A stretch of 56,391 nucleotides of DNA, from contig CAYHWE010000002.1 of the NCBI GenBank assembly GCA_964360445.1, forward strand, positions 1-56,391, in the 5' to 3' direction. Position 1 is the first letter of the stretch. Each line of letters opens with the position of its first letter. Under the pieces are notes generated by a model. That model saw only the letters and a program-made list of their open reading frames with translations. It searched no databases and had not been told where the DNA came from. Both the position numbers and the translations under genes were made by a program. The stretch comes from an uncultured Gammaproteobacteria bacterium. GTDB taxonomy: Bacteria; Patescibacteriota; Patescibacteriia; Patescibacteriales; JAKAJF01. Positions 1 through 8,584 of the stretch are shown piece after piece.

Positions 1-2036
1 CTATTCTAAGTCCGCAAGCAACTTCTACTCCGGAAATTCCGAAAAATATCATCCCGGCTCCGGCGCCAAGAAGTTTCACTTCGATTTATAGTAATCCTTA
101 TCTTGAATTGGACACGAAAATATTGTCATCACCTCAGGTAGTATCCAGTTCTACTGTGGCTGATTTTGTTTTTTATTCTACGCAAACTTTTGATTTTGAA
201 TATGATTTGAATGGTATCGGCTGGCGGCAGAGCGGGGAGAATTTGTCTTTAGCTGATTTGACACAAGGGGAAAATGTGATCAAGGTCAGGGCTGTAAAGA
301 ATGGAGAATATGATTCGACGCCATCGGAGTTCAAATGGATTGTCGATTCCGTTTCTCCCCAGATAGGTCTGGCGATAAAACCGGCTTCTTATGTCAGCTC
401 AACTTCCGCTGTTTTCCGGATCGATTCTGATGAAGATGCCGTTTATGAGTGCGGAATCGATGACGCGGGCTGGCAGGCGTGCGAAGAAAATTTTGTTGCC
501 AGCGGATTGCAGGAAGGGGAGCATAGGATGGAGGTCAGGACGGCGGATAGCGCGGGCAATATCGCTTCTACGTCTTATAGTTGGCTGATCGATATTACCG
601 CGCCGACCTCGACATTGTCTTTGGATCAGAACTATTATGAGCCTGATTTTCCGGCCAGCTGGTCCGGCGATGATTCCGGTTCGACAACTCCGAGCGGGAT
701 AGAGAGCTTTAATCTTGATTACAGGTTTGAAAACGGAGATTGGCGGGAATGGCTGCGCGGCTCGACAAGCACAAGCGCCGTATTTGCCGGACATTATGAT
801 GATATTATCTATTTCCGTTTGCAGGCAAAAGATAGGGCGGGCAATTTAAGCGATTGGAGCGAGGAAAAACGTATAGAAATAATCAATCCGATCGCTGACC
901 ACATAGTAATCAGCCAAATAAAAATCGGCGGAAATACGGCGAATGATGAGTTTGTAGAATTGTATAATCCGACTGATAATAATATGAGTTTAGCCGGCTA
1001 TAAGTTAAAAAGAAAAACAGCGGGCGGGCAGGAATATAATCTTGTGTCCGGTTTTGGCGCCGATGCGATAGCGGCAAAAAGTTATTATCTGATCGCGCAT
1101 CCGTCCGGATCCATAAGCTCGACTACGGCTGATATTGTTTATTCTTCAGCGAGTTACAGTATCGCTTCCGACAATGCTGTTATCCTTTATGATGGCGAAA
1201 ATATTATCGACAAAGCCGGTTTCGGATCAGCAAGCGATTATGAGAGCGCGCCATTCGCGTCCAATCCGCCGGACGGACAGAGCATGATCAGAAGAAATCC
1301 GGCCACATCTACGCCGGAATCATCAATGAACAGCAGCGCTTATGATACGGATAACAATAGCAATGACTTCTTGCTGGATGCAGCTCCGATTTACCGAAAT
1401 TCAAATTATTTTAAAACTAGTGTAAGCGTAGATAATATTTCTTCAGCTCAGAATAGCTGGGAATTATCTTTTTCCTGGCAGCATACTGTTGATAAGCCGG
1501 ATTCTGTTTTGTTGGTTCTAGCGCATTCGGATAATGATATCGGGTCAGTTACATATGGCGGGACTGAAATGCTGTTAGTCTCTGAAAATATGCATTATCA
1601 AAGTTTTAACAATATCGGCTCTTATGTTTATATCCTGACAAATCCGCCGCAGGGTTCGAATGCGGTAGTCGTGAATGCTTCGTTCCAAGCGTCAATGAAC
1701 GCGACAGCGATTTCTTTGAGCAATTGCGATACGGCGGATCCGATCGCTTATGTATTTTCAGAATACGGCGCGAAACAGCATGTCGTAAATTCCATAGGGA
1801 CAACCACAAATGGCATAATCATTGATTCAATGACCTATAACCATTATGATCCGGATTTAACGGCTGATAACGGACAAACGGTTTTCTATGGCTCTTTCCG
1901 CAGCGGCCAGACAAACAACCTTCTTTCCGGCGATAGCTATAAGGTAATCAGCTCCCAAAATGAAGCAATGGGATGGAGTATTAGCCGCGAAATGCCTTAT
2001 ACGTACAATATGATAGTAATAAAATCAAAGCCATAA
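1..2036 (+). CDS. Secreted/cell-surface multidomain protein, 5'-truncated by the window edge: tandem Ig-like repeats, a lamin-tail domain (LTD) and an uncharacterised C-terminal module
   Basis: The frame of ORF 108..2036 stays open back to nt 3 (...PAPRSFTSIYSNPYLELDTK), and the listed start is only a TTG. There are three ~65-90 aa repeats ending W(I/L)(V/I)D..(S/T)xP. An LTD-like signature is present: IVISQIKIGGNTANDEFVELYNPTDNNMSLAGYKLKRKT...AVILYDG..IDKAGFG. Confidence 0.6.
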   Translation, partial: ILSPQATSTPEIPKNIIPAPAPRSFTSIYSNPYLELDTKILSSPQVVSSSTVADFVFYSTQTFDFEYDLNGIGWRQSGENLSLADLTQGENVIKVRAVKNGEYDSTPSEFKWIVDSVSPQIGLAIKPASYVSSTSAVFRIDSDEDAVYECGIDDAGWQACEENFVASGLQEGEHRMEVRTADSAGNIASTSYSWLIDITAPTSTLSLDQNYYEPDFPASWSGDDSGSTTPSGIESFNLDYRFENGDWREWLRGSTSTSAVFAGHYDDIIYFRLQAKDRAGNLSDWSEEKRIEIINPIADHIVISQIKIGGNTANDEFVELYNPTDNNMSLAGYKLKRKTAGGQEYNLVSGFGADAIAAKSYYLIAHPSGSISSTTADIVYSSASYSIASDNAVILYDGENIIDKAGFGSASDYESAPFASNPPDGQSMIRRNPATSTPESSMNSSAYDTDNNSNDFLLDAAPIYRNSNYFKTSVSVDNISSAQNSWELSFSWQHTVDKPDSVLLVLAHSDNDIGSVTYGGTEMLLVSENMHYQSFNNIGSYVYILTNPPQGSNAVVVNASFQASMNATAISLSNCDTADPIAYVFSEYGAKQHVVNSIGTTTNGIIIDSMTYNHYDPDLTADNGQTVFYGSFRSGQTNNLLSGDSYKVISSQNEAMGWSISREMPYTYNMIVIKSKP

Positions 2037-2083
2037 ACCATTAAAAAGGGGGATTAAAGAAAGATAATTAGGTGGATTTACGG

Positions 2084-2111
2084 AAAAAAACAGGATTAAA
2101 TCCTGTTTTTT
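2084..2111 (+). terminator. Rho-independent terminator (bidirectional A7-hairpin-T6)
   Basis: Sequence aaaaaaaCAGGAttaaaTCCTGtttttt lies 48 nt after the stop of the LTD protein. Confidence 0.6.
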
Positions 2112-2147
2112 GTTTAAAGTTAGGCAATTTTGATGATTTTTTTTCGC

Positions 2148-2176
2148 TTGATTTTATTGCTCTTTCTCCCTATAAT
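2148..2176 (+). promoter_or_regulatory. Sigma70-like promoter of the + strand glycan operon
   Basis: TTGATT (2148-2153), a 17-nt spacer, then TATAAT (2171-2176), 44 nt upstream of ATG 2221. Confidence 0.45.
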
Positions 2177-2220
2177 TAAGATATAGTCTTTTTTCAAGGC
2201 TTTAGTTTTATTTAGGTTTT

Positions 2221-4791
2221 ATGATGGATAAAAATTTCACCATTACGGCGCATTGCCTTGTTAAAAATGAGGAAAATTTTGTCTGGTATGCGATAAAATC
2301 GGTTATTGATTTTGTTGATCAAATAATCATTTTTGATACTGGATCGACTGATGAGACTATTGATAAAATCAAAGACTTGAAACAGAAGCATCCTGATAAG
2401 ATAATTTTTGAAGAAAGGGGTGAATGTGATAAAAAAAGACATACGGAGCTAAGGCAGGAGATGCTTGATCGTACAACTACGGATTGGTTTATGATTTTGG
2501 ATGGGGATGAAATTTGGACTGAGAGAGGTATTGAGGAGGCGATAAAAAGCATACATGAAAAACCTGAAACGGAATGTCTGATTGCGCCCTTTTATTTATG
2601 CGTGGGCGATATTTTTCATCGTTATTATAAAAACGGTTTATTTGGATTGTTTGGGCAAAGAGGTTTTTTTTCCCCCCGCATTATTAAAAGGAGTGGCATA
2701 AGATGGGGAGGGGATTACGGCGCCGATACTTTATATAATAAGCAAGGAGAAATTTTTTTTAATGAAAAAAACAGTTTATTCTTAAAAAATAAATATTGGC
2801 ATTTGACGCATTTGATGAGATCTCAGTCTGATGATAATGAATACAGCTCAGGAGGAATCAGGGGGGGCAAGAGGAGATTATCTTATTTTATGATTGGAAA
2901 AAAAATAAAAGAAGAAATTCCGGAAATATTTGAGGGAGGCAATTTTGAGATGAGTTTTTCTGACTCTTTTTTTAATTTCTTTTTATTGCTAAAAAATAAG
3001 TTTTTTAACTTTTTTAGAAATAACTTTGTTTTTCCCGGGTTACATGAATCCCTTGTTATTTTAACTTTTTTATTGATCTATGCCGGAATGAATTCATTCG
3101 TAGTTAATGGCGACGGGTCTTATGGGTACGCAATGGTGGAAAAGATTTTGGATAATCAAGCCTTTGCTCCGAATGATATAGTTGTTAATGGAAGCTTGGC
3201 CAGTAATTTTCTTTTTTATAAACTGCTTGCTTATTTCCCGTTTTATCATAGCAACTTCCCTTTATATGATTTTTTATTATCAATTCCCCTGACAATCCTT
3301 TTAGTCTTGGGATGGTATAATATTTTTTATATTTTAACAAAGAACAGGGTTGTAGCGACTGCGTCAATAATTTTTACATTGTTAGTCGATGGAAGATTGT
3401 CGATGGGAGGAACAAGCTTGCCATTTTTTTATCTGACTTCGCTGACCAGCGTTTATTACCTTCAGATTTTCTCTTTTTATTTATTCATAATAGGCAGATA
3501 TTGGCCGAGTATTATTATCGCCAGTTTAACAACCTATTTTCATCCAGCAGCCGGAGTTTTCTTTCTCTCAGTATTTTTCTTAACTTTAATCCTACAGTCC
3601 TATAAAAAGAGACAGGCGTACAGATTGATTTTTAAGTTGATGGCGGTTTCATTGTTGATTTTTATTCCTAATGTTTTTTTATTAAACAAGAATTTGGGTA
3701 TGCCGGTCAATACTGCTGATTTTTTTGAGATTTTTTATGGAATCAAGGGGGGGCATGCTTATCTGGAAGATTATTTTATCAGGGCCTATATATATACCTT
3801 GTCTGCTAGTTTTTTAATCTTTATTTTCTTTAAAAACAAGATCATTGAGTATCAGGATAAGATTCTGATGGTCATATATTCTATCTTTGCAGTTGTTTTT
3901 ATCTGGCTGGTGAATTTGTATTTCATAAAGAATTTAAAAGTTTTTTACCTCTATTCCGCCATGAGATCGACTTATATGATCAAGCCGTTATTTGTTGCCT
4001 TGATCATATTTATTGTTTACAAGCTGGCCATAAAAAATAGCATTTTTTCTAAGATTGTTTCCTTGTCTTTGCTTTTTAGCTTGATTTTGCCAGGCTACAC
4101 AATGCCGGCTGCCTTGGTTTTTTTGGCTGGGCTATTCATGATTTTCCAGGAAAAAATTATACATTTTGAAAAAGAAATTTTTAGCAAATATGAATTATTG
4201 TATAAATTAAAGAGAGATATGGATGGCGTGAAAAATAATAAAAAACTGATTTATTCAGGGATACTGTTGATTGCTTTTATTTGCACCTTCTTATTCATTT
4301 ATCGCTATCATAATAAGCTTTATAAAATTTATAATTTTGCGCGCGGTGAAAATCTTTTTAATTTCAGTTTTAGTCCGGATAAAAATTTCGGGTGGAATAA
4401 AAAAGATCCGTCTTTCGGTGAATTGATTGAGTGGGCGAAAAATTATAAAGGAAAGATGCTTATCGTCCCGCTTCTTAATTCGGACTTTTCTACTGGCTTT
4501 AGATTTTTAACAAAAAATAGCACTTATATAACTTATTATGACATGGGACAGCTATCTTATATACCATCGCTCTATTTGGAGGGATACAAAAGGCTTCAGG
4601 AAGTGGGTTTTAGGCAGGAGGGAAAAAGAGAGTTTGCTCTTGATGGCTATGACAAGCTCGAGATAGAAAAAGTAAAAAAGCTGGATGCTGATTTTATTGT
4701 TTTTGATAAGACATCGGAGGGTTATTTGGATAGGGCTGGATATGAGCCGGTTTTTGAAAATAAAAAATTCATTGTTTATAAATTACGTTAA
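2221..4791 (+). CDS. GT2 glycosyltransferase domain fused to a large polytopic membrane domain and a C-terminal soluble domain (856 aa)
   Basis: The N-terminus (FTITAHCLVKNEENFVWYAIKSVIDFVDQIIIFDTGSTDET...ILDGDE) is a GT-A/GT2 signature with a DxD motif. Residues ~270-700 are a long run of hydrophobic helices. Confidence 0.7.
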   Translation: MMDKNFTITAHCLVKNEENFVWYAIKSVIDFVDQIIIFDTGSTDETIDKIKDLKQKHPDKIIFEERGECDKKRHTELRQEMLDRTTTDWFMILDGDEIWTERGIEEAIKSIHEKPETECLIAPFYLCVGDIFHRYYKNGLFGLFGQRGFFSPRIIKRSGIRWGGDYGADTLYNKQGEIFFNEKNSLFLKNKYWHLTHLMRSQSDDNEYSSGGIRGGKRRLSYFMIGKKIKEEIPEIFEGGNFEMSFSDSFFNFFLLLKNKFFNFFRNNFVFPGLHESLVILTFLLIYAGMNSFVVNGDGSYGYAMVEKILDNQAFAPNDIVVNGSLASNFLFYKLLAYFPFYHSNFPLYDFLLSIPLTILLVLGWYNIFYILTKNRVVATASIIFTLLVDGRLSMGGTSLPFFYLTSLTSVYYLQIFSFYLFIIGRYWPSIIIASLTTYFHPAAGVFFLSVFFLTLILQSYKKRQAYRLIFKLMAVSLLIFIPNVFLLNKNLGMPVNTADFFEIFYGIKGGHAYLEDYFIRAYIYTLSASFLIFIFFKNKIIEYQDKILMVIYSIFAVVFIWLVNLYFIKNLKVFYLYSAMRSTYMIKPLFVALIIFIVYKLAIKNSIFSKIVSLSLLFSLILPGYTMPAALVFLAGLFMIFQEKIIHFEKEIFSKYELLYKLKRDMDGVKNNKKLIYSGILLIAFICTFLFIYRYHNKLYKIYNFARGENLFNFSFSPDKNFGWNKKDPSFGELIEWAKNYKGKMLIVPLLNSDFSTGFRFLTKNSTYITYYDMGQLSYIPSLYLEGYKRLQEVGFRQEGKREFALDGYDKLEIEKVKKLDADFIVFDKTSEGYLDRAGYEPVFENKKFIVYKLR

Positions 4792-4810
4792 TATTTGTTA
4801 AATCATCCAT

Positions 4811-6040
4811 ATGTTTTCATTCAATACTAAGTTATCGATGGCAAAAGCGGTTTTGACCAAGGACTCTCCATTTTATATCCAATTTTATATTTCTAAATAT
4901 TGCAACCAAAAATGCAAAATGTGCAATATTGTTGAGGCAAATGCAGACCTGACTCCGTTTTCAGGCGATAAGATAGAAAAAATTGCCGATAATCTGGTAA
5001 AGATCGGTGCAGGGGTGGTACTTTTGACCGGAGGCGAGCCATTCTTGAGGCCGGATATCGATGAGATCGTAAAGATATTCAAAAAGAAAAAGCTTGATGT
5101 AAGATTGCAGACTGCTGGATCGATAGATAGGAGAGAAAAAATTGCTGAATGCGTAAAGCATGGAGCAAGGGATATAAATGTCAGCATCGATTCGCTTGAT
5201 GAGGAGTTATCTGATTATATAAACGGACTGGACGGTTCATGGAGGAGTGCGATCCAAACTATTTCTTATGTTTCAAATACTTTTCCGCAAAAAGATTCTA
5301 TCTGCGCTTTAGGTTGCGTGCTTTCCAATTATAATATAGATGAAATCGATGCAGTTCTTGATTTTGCAACAAGGATCGGTTGGTGGTTGTCTTTGGTTCC
5401 TGTCCACATCACCACAACAGAAAATCCTTTGAACTTCAGAGGTTATGATGAATATTTCCATTTTAAAAAAGAAGATTATCCGAAAGTGAAAGAATTGATC
5501 GAAGGCTTAAAGAAGAAAAAGCGAGAAGGATATAATTTGTTTGATTCTGACGATTATCTCGATTCTATTTATCATTTTGTTTCGACCGGACAGCCAAGCT
5601 GGAGGCATGACGGCGTATGTGATACGCCCAACCTTTATTTTGCAATTTTGCCGGACGGAAAATTTGCTCCTTGCTGTGATCATAGATTTACAGAAGATCT
5701 TTATGTTTATGATGATAAATTCCCAGAAATTTTCAAATCAAGCGTGTTCAGGGATAAGGTGAAAAGCATTGCGAAGAAATGCCAAGGCTGTAACTTTGGC
5801 AGCTATCCGGAAATGAGCCTTTCTGCGCGTTCATTCTCGACAATCAGGGAGAGATTAACTTTACAAAGAAAGGCGAAGAAGAGCAGTATTAAGCCGATTT
5901 CCGAGGAAGAAATTTTCAAGATCATAGAAGAAATAAAAAATAAATACCCGATTTATAAGAAAGAAAGGAATTTTCATTTCCGGGAACAGAAAAAATGGCC
6001 AAAAGCGCCTAACATACCTAATTATTTATGGCAGGATTAA
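4811..6040 (+). CDS. Radical SAM enzyme with a SPASM/twitch-like C-terminal Cys cluster
   Basis: CX3CX2C motif (YCNQKCKMCNI) and a GGEPFL SAM-binding motif. The C-terminal CDTPNLYFAILPDGKFAPCC fits Cx9-15Gx4C, followed by CQGC. Confidence 0.75.
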   Translation: MFSFNTKLSMAKAVLTKDSPFYIQFYISKYCNQKCKMCNIVEANADLTPFSGDKIEKIADNLVKIGAGVVLLTGGEPFLRPDIDEIVKIFKKKKLDVRLQTAGSIDRREKIAECVKHGARDINVSIDSLDEELSDYINGLDGSWRSAIQTISYVSNTFPQKDSICALGCVLSNYNIDEIDAVLDFATRIGWWLSLVPVHITTTENPLNFRGYDEYFHFKKEDYPKVKELIEGLKKKKREGYNLFDSDDYLDSIYHFVSTGQPSWRHDGVCDTPNLYFAILPDGKFAPCCDHRFTEDLYVYDDKFPEIFKSSVFRDKVKSIAKKCQGCNFGSYPEMSLSARSFSTIRERLTLQRKAKKSSIKPISEEEIFKIIEEIKNKYPIYKKERNFHFREQKKWPKAPNIPNYLWQD

Positions 6041-7701
6041 ATATATTCATAACAGGAGCTTCTGGATTTATCGGAAATCCTGTCCTGAAAAAAATAATTT
6101 CAAAATTGGATAGCGATGACAAAGTCTTTGTCTTGTCAAGGGCTGTATTTGATTTTGAAGATAAAATGATCGTGGTCTTGAGAGGGGATTTGGAGAACAT
6201 TGAAGCATATGAAAATGAAATTTCAGAAAGCGATTATGTTTATCATTTAGCGGCAAATGCAACATTCGGCAGCGGTTGTGATTATGATAAGGTAAACTTT
6301 TTTCCGACAAAAAAAATCGTCGATATCTTAAGGAGGAGCAAGAGGATTAAAAATTTTATTTTTACCAGCACGATCGGAGCGGTTGATAGGCATAAAAATG
6401 ATTTATGCGAAAAACCTTTGAATGCCAATAGCATTCCGGCTCCCACTTCAGCTTACGGAAAATCAAAGCTGAAATCCGAAGACTATATAAAGCAAAGCGG
6501 GATACCATTCACCATATTAAGGCCAACCTGGGTTTATGGACCGAACATGAGAAGCAATTCCCATTTGAATAAATTCGTTTCCATGCTTTATGAAAAAAGA
6601 GATTTTATTTTTAAATTGAATTTCCCTGGAATGGTGTCTTTGGTTAATGTTGATGACTTGTCTGAAGCTTTGGCGAATTGTATCGGCAATGACGATATTT
6701 TGAATAAAACATATTTTGCAGAAACAGAAAGCCTGTCTTTGGGGGGGGTTCTTAGGATCATTTTCGAGAAAGTGCGAGGAGGCGAATTGAGACAAATCAA
6801 AGTCCCCAAATTTAAAATTATTGGCTGGATCCACAACCTTTTGCCTTTGACAATTTCCAATTTATTCATTGATTATCTAAGGGCAGAGGATAGTGATTTT
6901 AAAAAAGATTTCAAGCTTGAACATATAAAAAGGTTGGTTGAAACGGTGGGTGATATCGTGTTTTCGAATATCCATAATGCCGGGCATTGGATTGTTACAG
7001 GTGCGAACAGCGGAATAGGATTTGCTTTGGCTGACCAACTAAGGCAATCGGGTAAAAAAACAATCTTGATCGATAAGGACACAGGCAATATAAGGGATTT
7101 TGATGGAATCATTTTGCAGACTGATCTTTCTGATCGAAATAGCTTGTATGATTTGGGATTGAAATTGGATAAATATAAGATATTCAGGCTTATTAATAAT
7201 GCCGGAGTGGGATTTAAAAAAGATTTTTTAAGTATGGAAGCCGGAGAAATTGTGAAGACAGTTGAGGTTAATGTTCTAGCCCCCTTATTGTTAACAAAGT
7301 TTCTGGCTGGAAATATAATTAAAAATGAGGGGACTATTGTGAATATAGCATCAAGTGCCGCTTTCAATCCTTTGCCAGGCATGAGCCTGTACGCTGCTTC
7401 TAAATCTTTGATCTTGAATTGGTCCTATTCTTTGTGGTATGAAATGAAAGGCAAATGCAATGTTTTGACTTTTTCTCCCTCAGGCACAAGGACTAATTTC
7501 CAAAAGCAAGCAGGAGTTGCAGTTACTGATGATTTATTATCGCCGGATCATGTTGCGAAAGAAATCATAAAAATGATCGAAAAGAAAAAATCTTTTGCGT
7601 TCCTGGGTTTTAAGAATAAGATTGTTTCACGAATCACTAAATTTTTTCCTGAAAAATTGAATGTTATTTTTTGGGGGGAGGTGTTTAAAAAAATGAGATA
7701 A
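6028..7701 (+). CDS. Fusion of an extended-SDR NAD-dependent epimerase/dehydratase (N-terminal) with a classical short-chain dehydrogenase (C-terminal)
   Basis: There are two Rossmann motifs. The first is ITGASGFIG with catalytic YGKSK. The second is VTGANSGIG, NNAG and YAASK. The gene overlaps the upstream stop by 13 nt. Confidence 0.75.
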   Translation: MAGLNIFITGASGFIGNPVLKKIISKLDSDDKVFVLSRAVFDFEDKMIVVLRGDLENIEAYENEISESDYVYHLAANATFGSGCDYDKVNFFPTKKIVDILRRSKRIKNFIFTSTIGAVDRHKNDLCEKPLNANSIPAPTSAYGKSKLKSEDYIKQSGIPFTILRPTWVYGPNMRSNSHLNKFVSMLYEKRDFIFKLNFPGMVSLVNVDDLSEALANCIGNDDILNKTYFAETESLSLGGVLRIIFEKVRGGELRQIKVPKFKIIGWIHNLLPLTISNLFIDYLRAEDSDFKKDFKLEHIKRLVETVGDIVFSNIHNAGHWIVTGANSGIGFALADQLRQSGKKTILIDKDTGNIRDFDGIILQTDLSDRNSLYDLGLKLDKYKIFRLINNAGVGFKKDFLSMEAGEIVKTVEVNVLAPLLLTKFLAGNIIKNEGTIVNIASSAAFNPLPGMSLYAASKSLILNWSYSLWYEMKGKCNVLTFSPSGTRTNFQKQAGVAVTDDLLSPDHVAKEIIKMIEKKKSFAFLGFKNKIVSRITKFFPEKLNVIFWGEVFKKMR

Positions 7702-7702
7702 T

Positions 7703-8584
7703 ATGGATAATTGTTTAATTTGCAATAATATAAATTTAAAACAGGCGGGTGAATATTTGAAATGCGCGGATTGCGGGCATGAAATTTTTGTCGGCAAATT
7801 GAAAGATGATTTTATGATAAATGAGGTGTTGCTTGAGGACAGGGTCAGGAGGCTTGACTCTTTGGACAAATTCAAATTGAAAACAGTCCAGCGGATAATG
7901 ATTGAAAATAAGTTCCTTTTAGACGTCGGGTCGGCATCGGGAAAATTTTTAAATCATTGCAAGGTCTTTTTTGATGGTTGCGCGGGGGTGGAAATAACGG
8001 AAGAGTGTATAAGATTTTCACGGGAAAAATTAGGCTTAAAGATCTATAAAGATATCTCGGAGATCGTGAACATGGTTTCGGTTGCGACATTCTGGCATTC
8101 TTTGGAGCATATACCCTTTACGGAGATTGTAAAGATTTTCGGAATAATCGGGAAAAAGACCGGGAAAAATTCGAAAATTTTGATTTCCGTGCCAAATTCA
8201 AATTCTTTGATGTATAAAATCTTTAAAAAAGATTTTGCTTATTATGACAACAGGAGTCATGCGCACCAGTTTTCAGATGATTCGCTGGATTTATTGATGG
8301 AGAAGTTCTGCTATAAAAAAGATAGTTATCATTTTTCTTTCGCCTATTCTGCATTCGGCTATCTGCAGAGCCTGATGAATAAGTTTAATAAAATCCATAA
8401 CTTTTTATATTTTTACGCTAAAAGAGGAGAGTGTTTCGGGAAGAATAAGGTTGAGCTGGCCTATCTTCTTATTTATAATTCAATTTTGCTTTTCCTTTTC
8501 CTTATCCCTTCTTTATCCTTAGTCTTATTTGATTTTTTCTTTAAAAATAAAGGAGGTGTGATAACAATATGTTACAGCAAATAA
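7703..8584 (+). CDS. Class I SAM-dependent methyltransferase with an N-terminal CxxC..CxxC zinc ribbon
   Basis: CLICNN...CADCGH zinc ribbon, then motif I LLDVGSASGKF and WHSLEHIP. Confidence 0.65.
   Translation: MDNCLICNNINLKQAGEYLKCADCGHEIFVGKLKDDFMINEVLLEDRVRRLDSLDKFKLKTVQRIMIENKFLLDVGSASGKFLNHCKVFFDGCAGVEITEECIRFSREKLGLKIYKDISEIVNMVSVATFWHSLEHIPFTEIVKIFGIIGKKTGKNSKILISVPNSNSLMYKIFKKDFAYYDNRSHAHQFSDDSLDLLMEKFCYKKDSYHFSFAYSAFGYLQSLMNKFNKIHNFLYFYAKRGECFGKNKVELAYLLIYNSILLFLFLIPSLSLVLFDFFFKNKGGVITICYSK

Noticed and set aside
1653-1661. GGTTCGAAT, a tRNA T-loop-like motif.
   Set aside because: It lies inside the LTD-protein coding frame, with no acceptor or anticodon stems around it. I found no tRNA, rRNA, tmRNA or riboswitch-like structures in any intergenic gap by eye, though a covariance-model scan (tRNAscan-SE/Infernal) is still needed.
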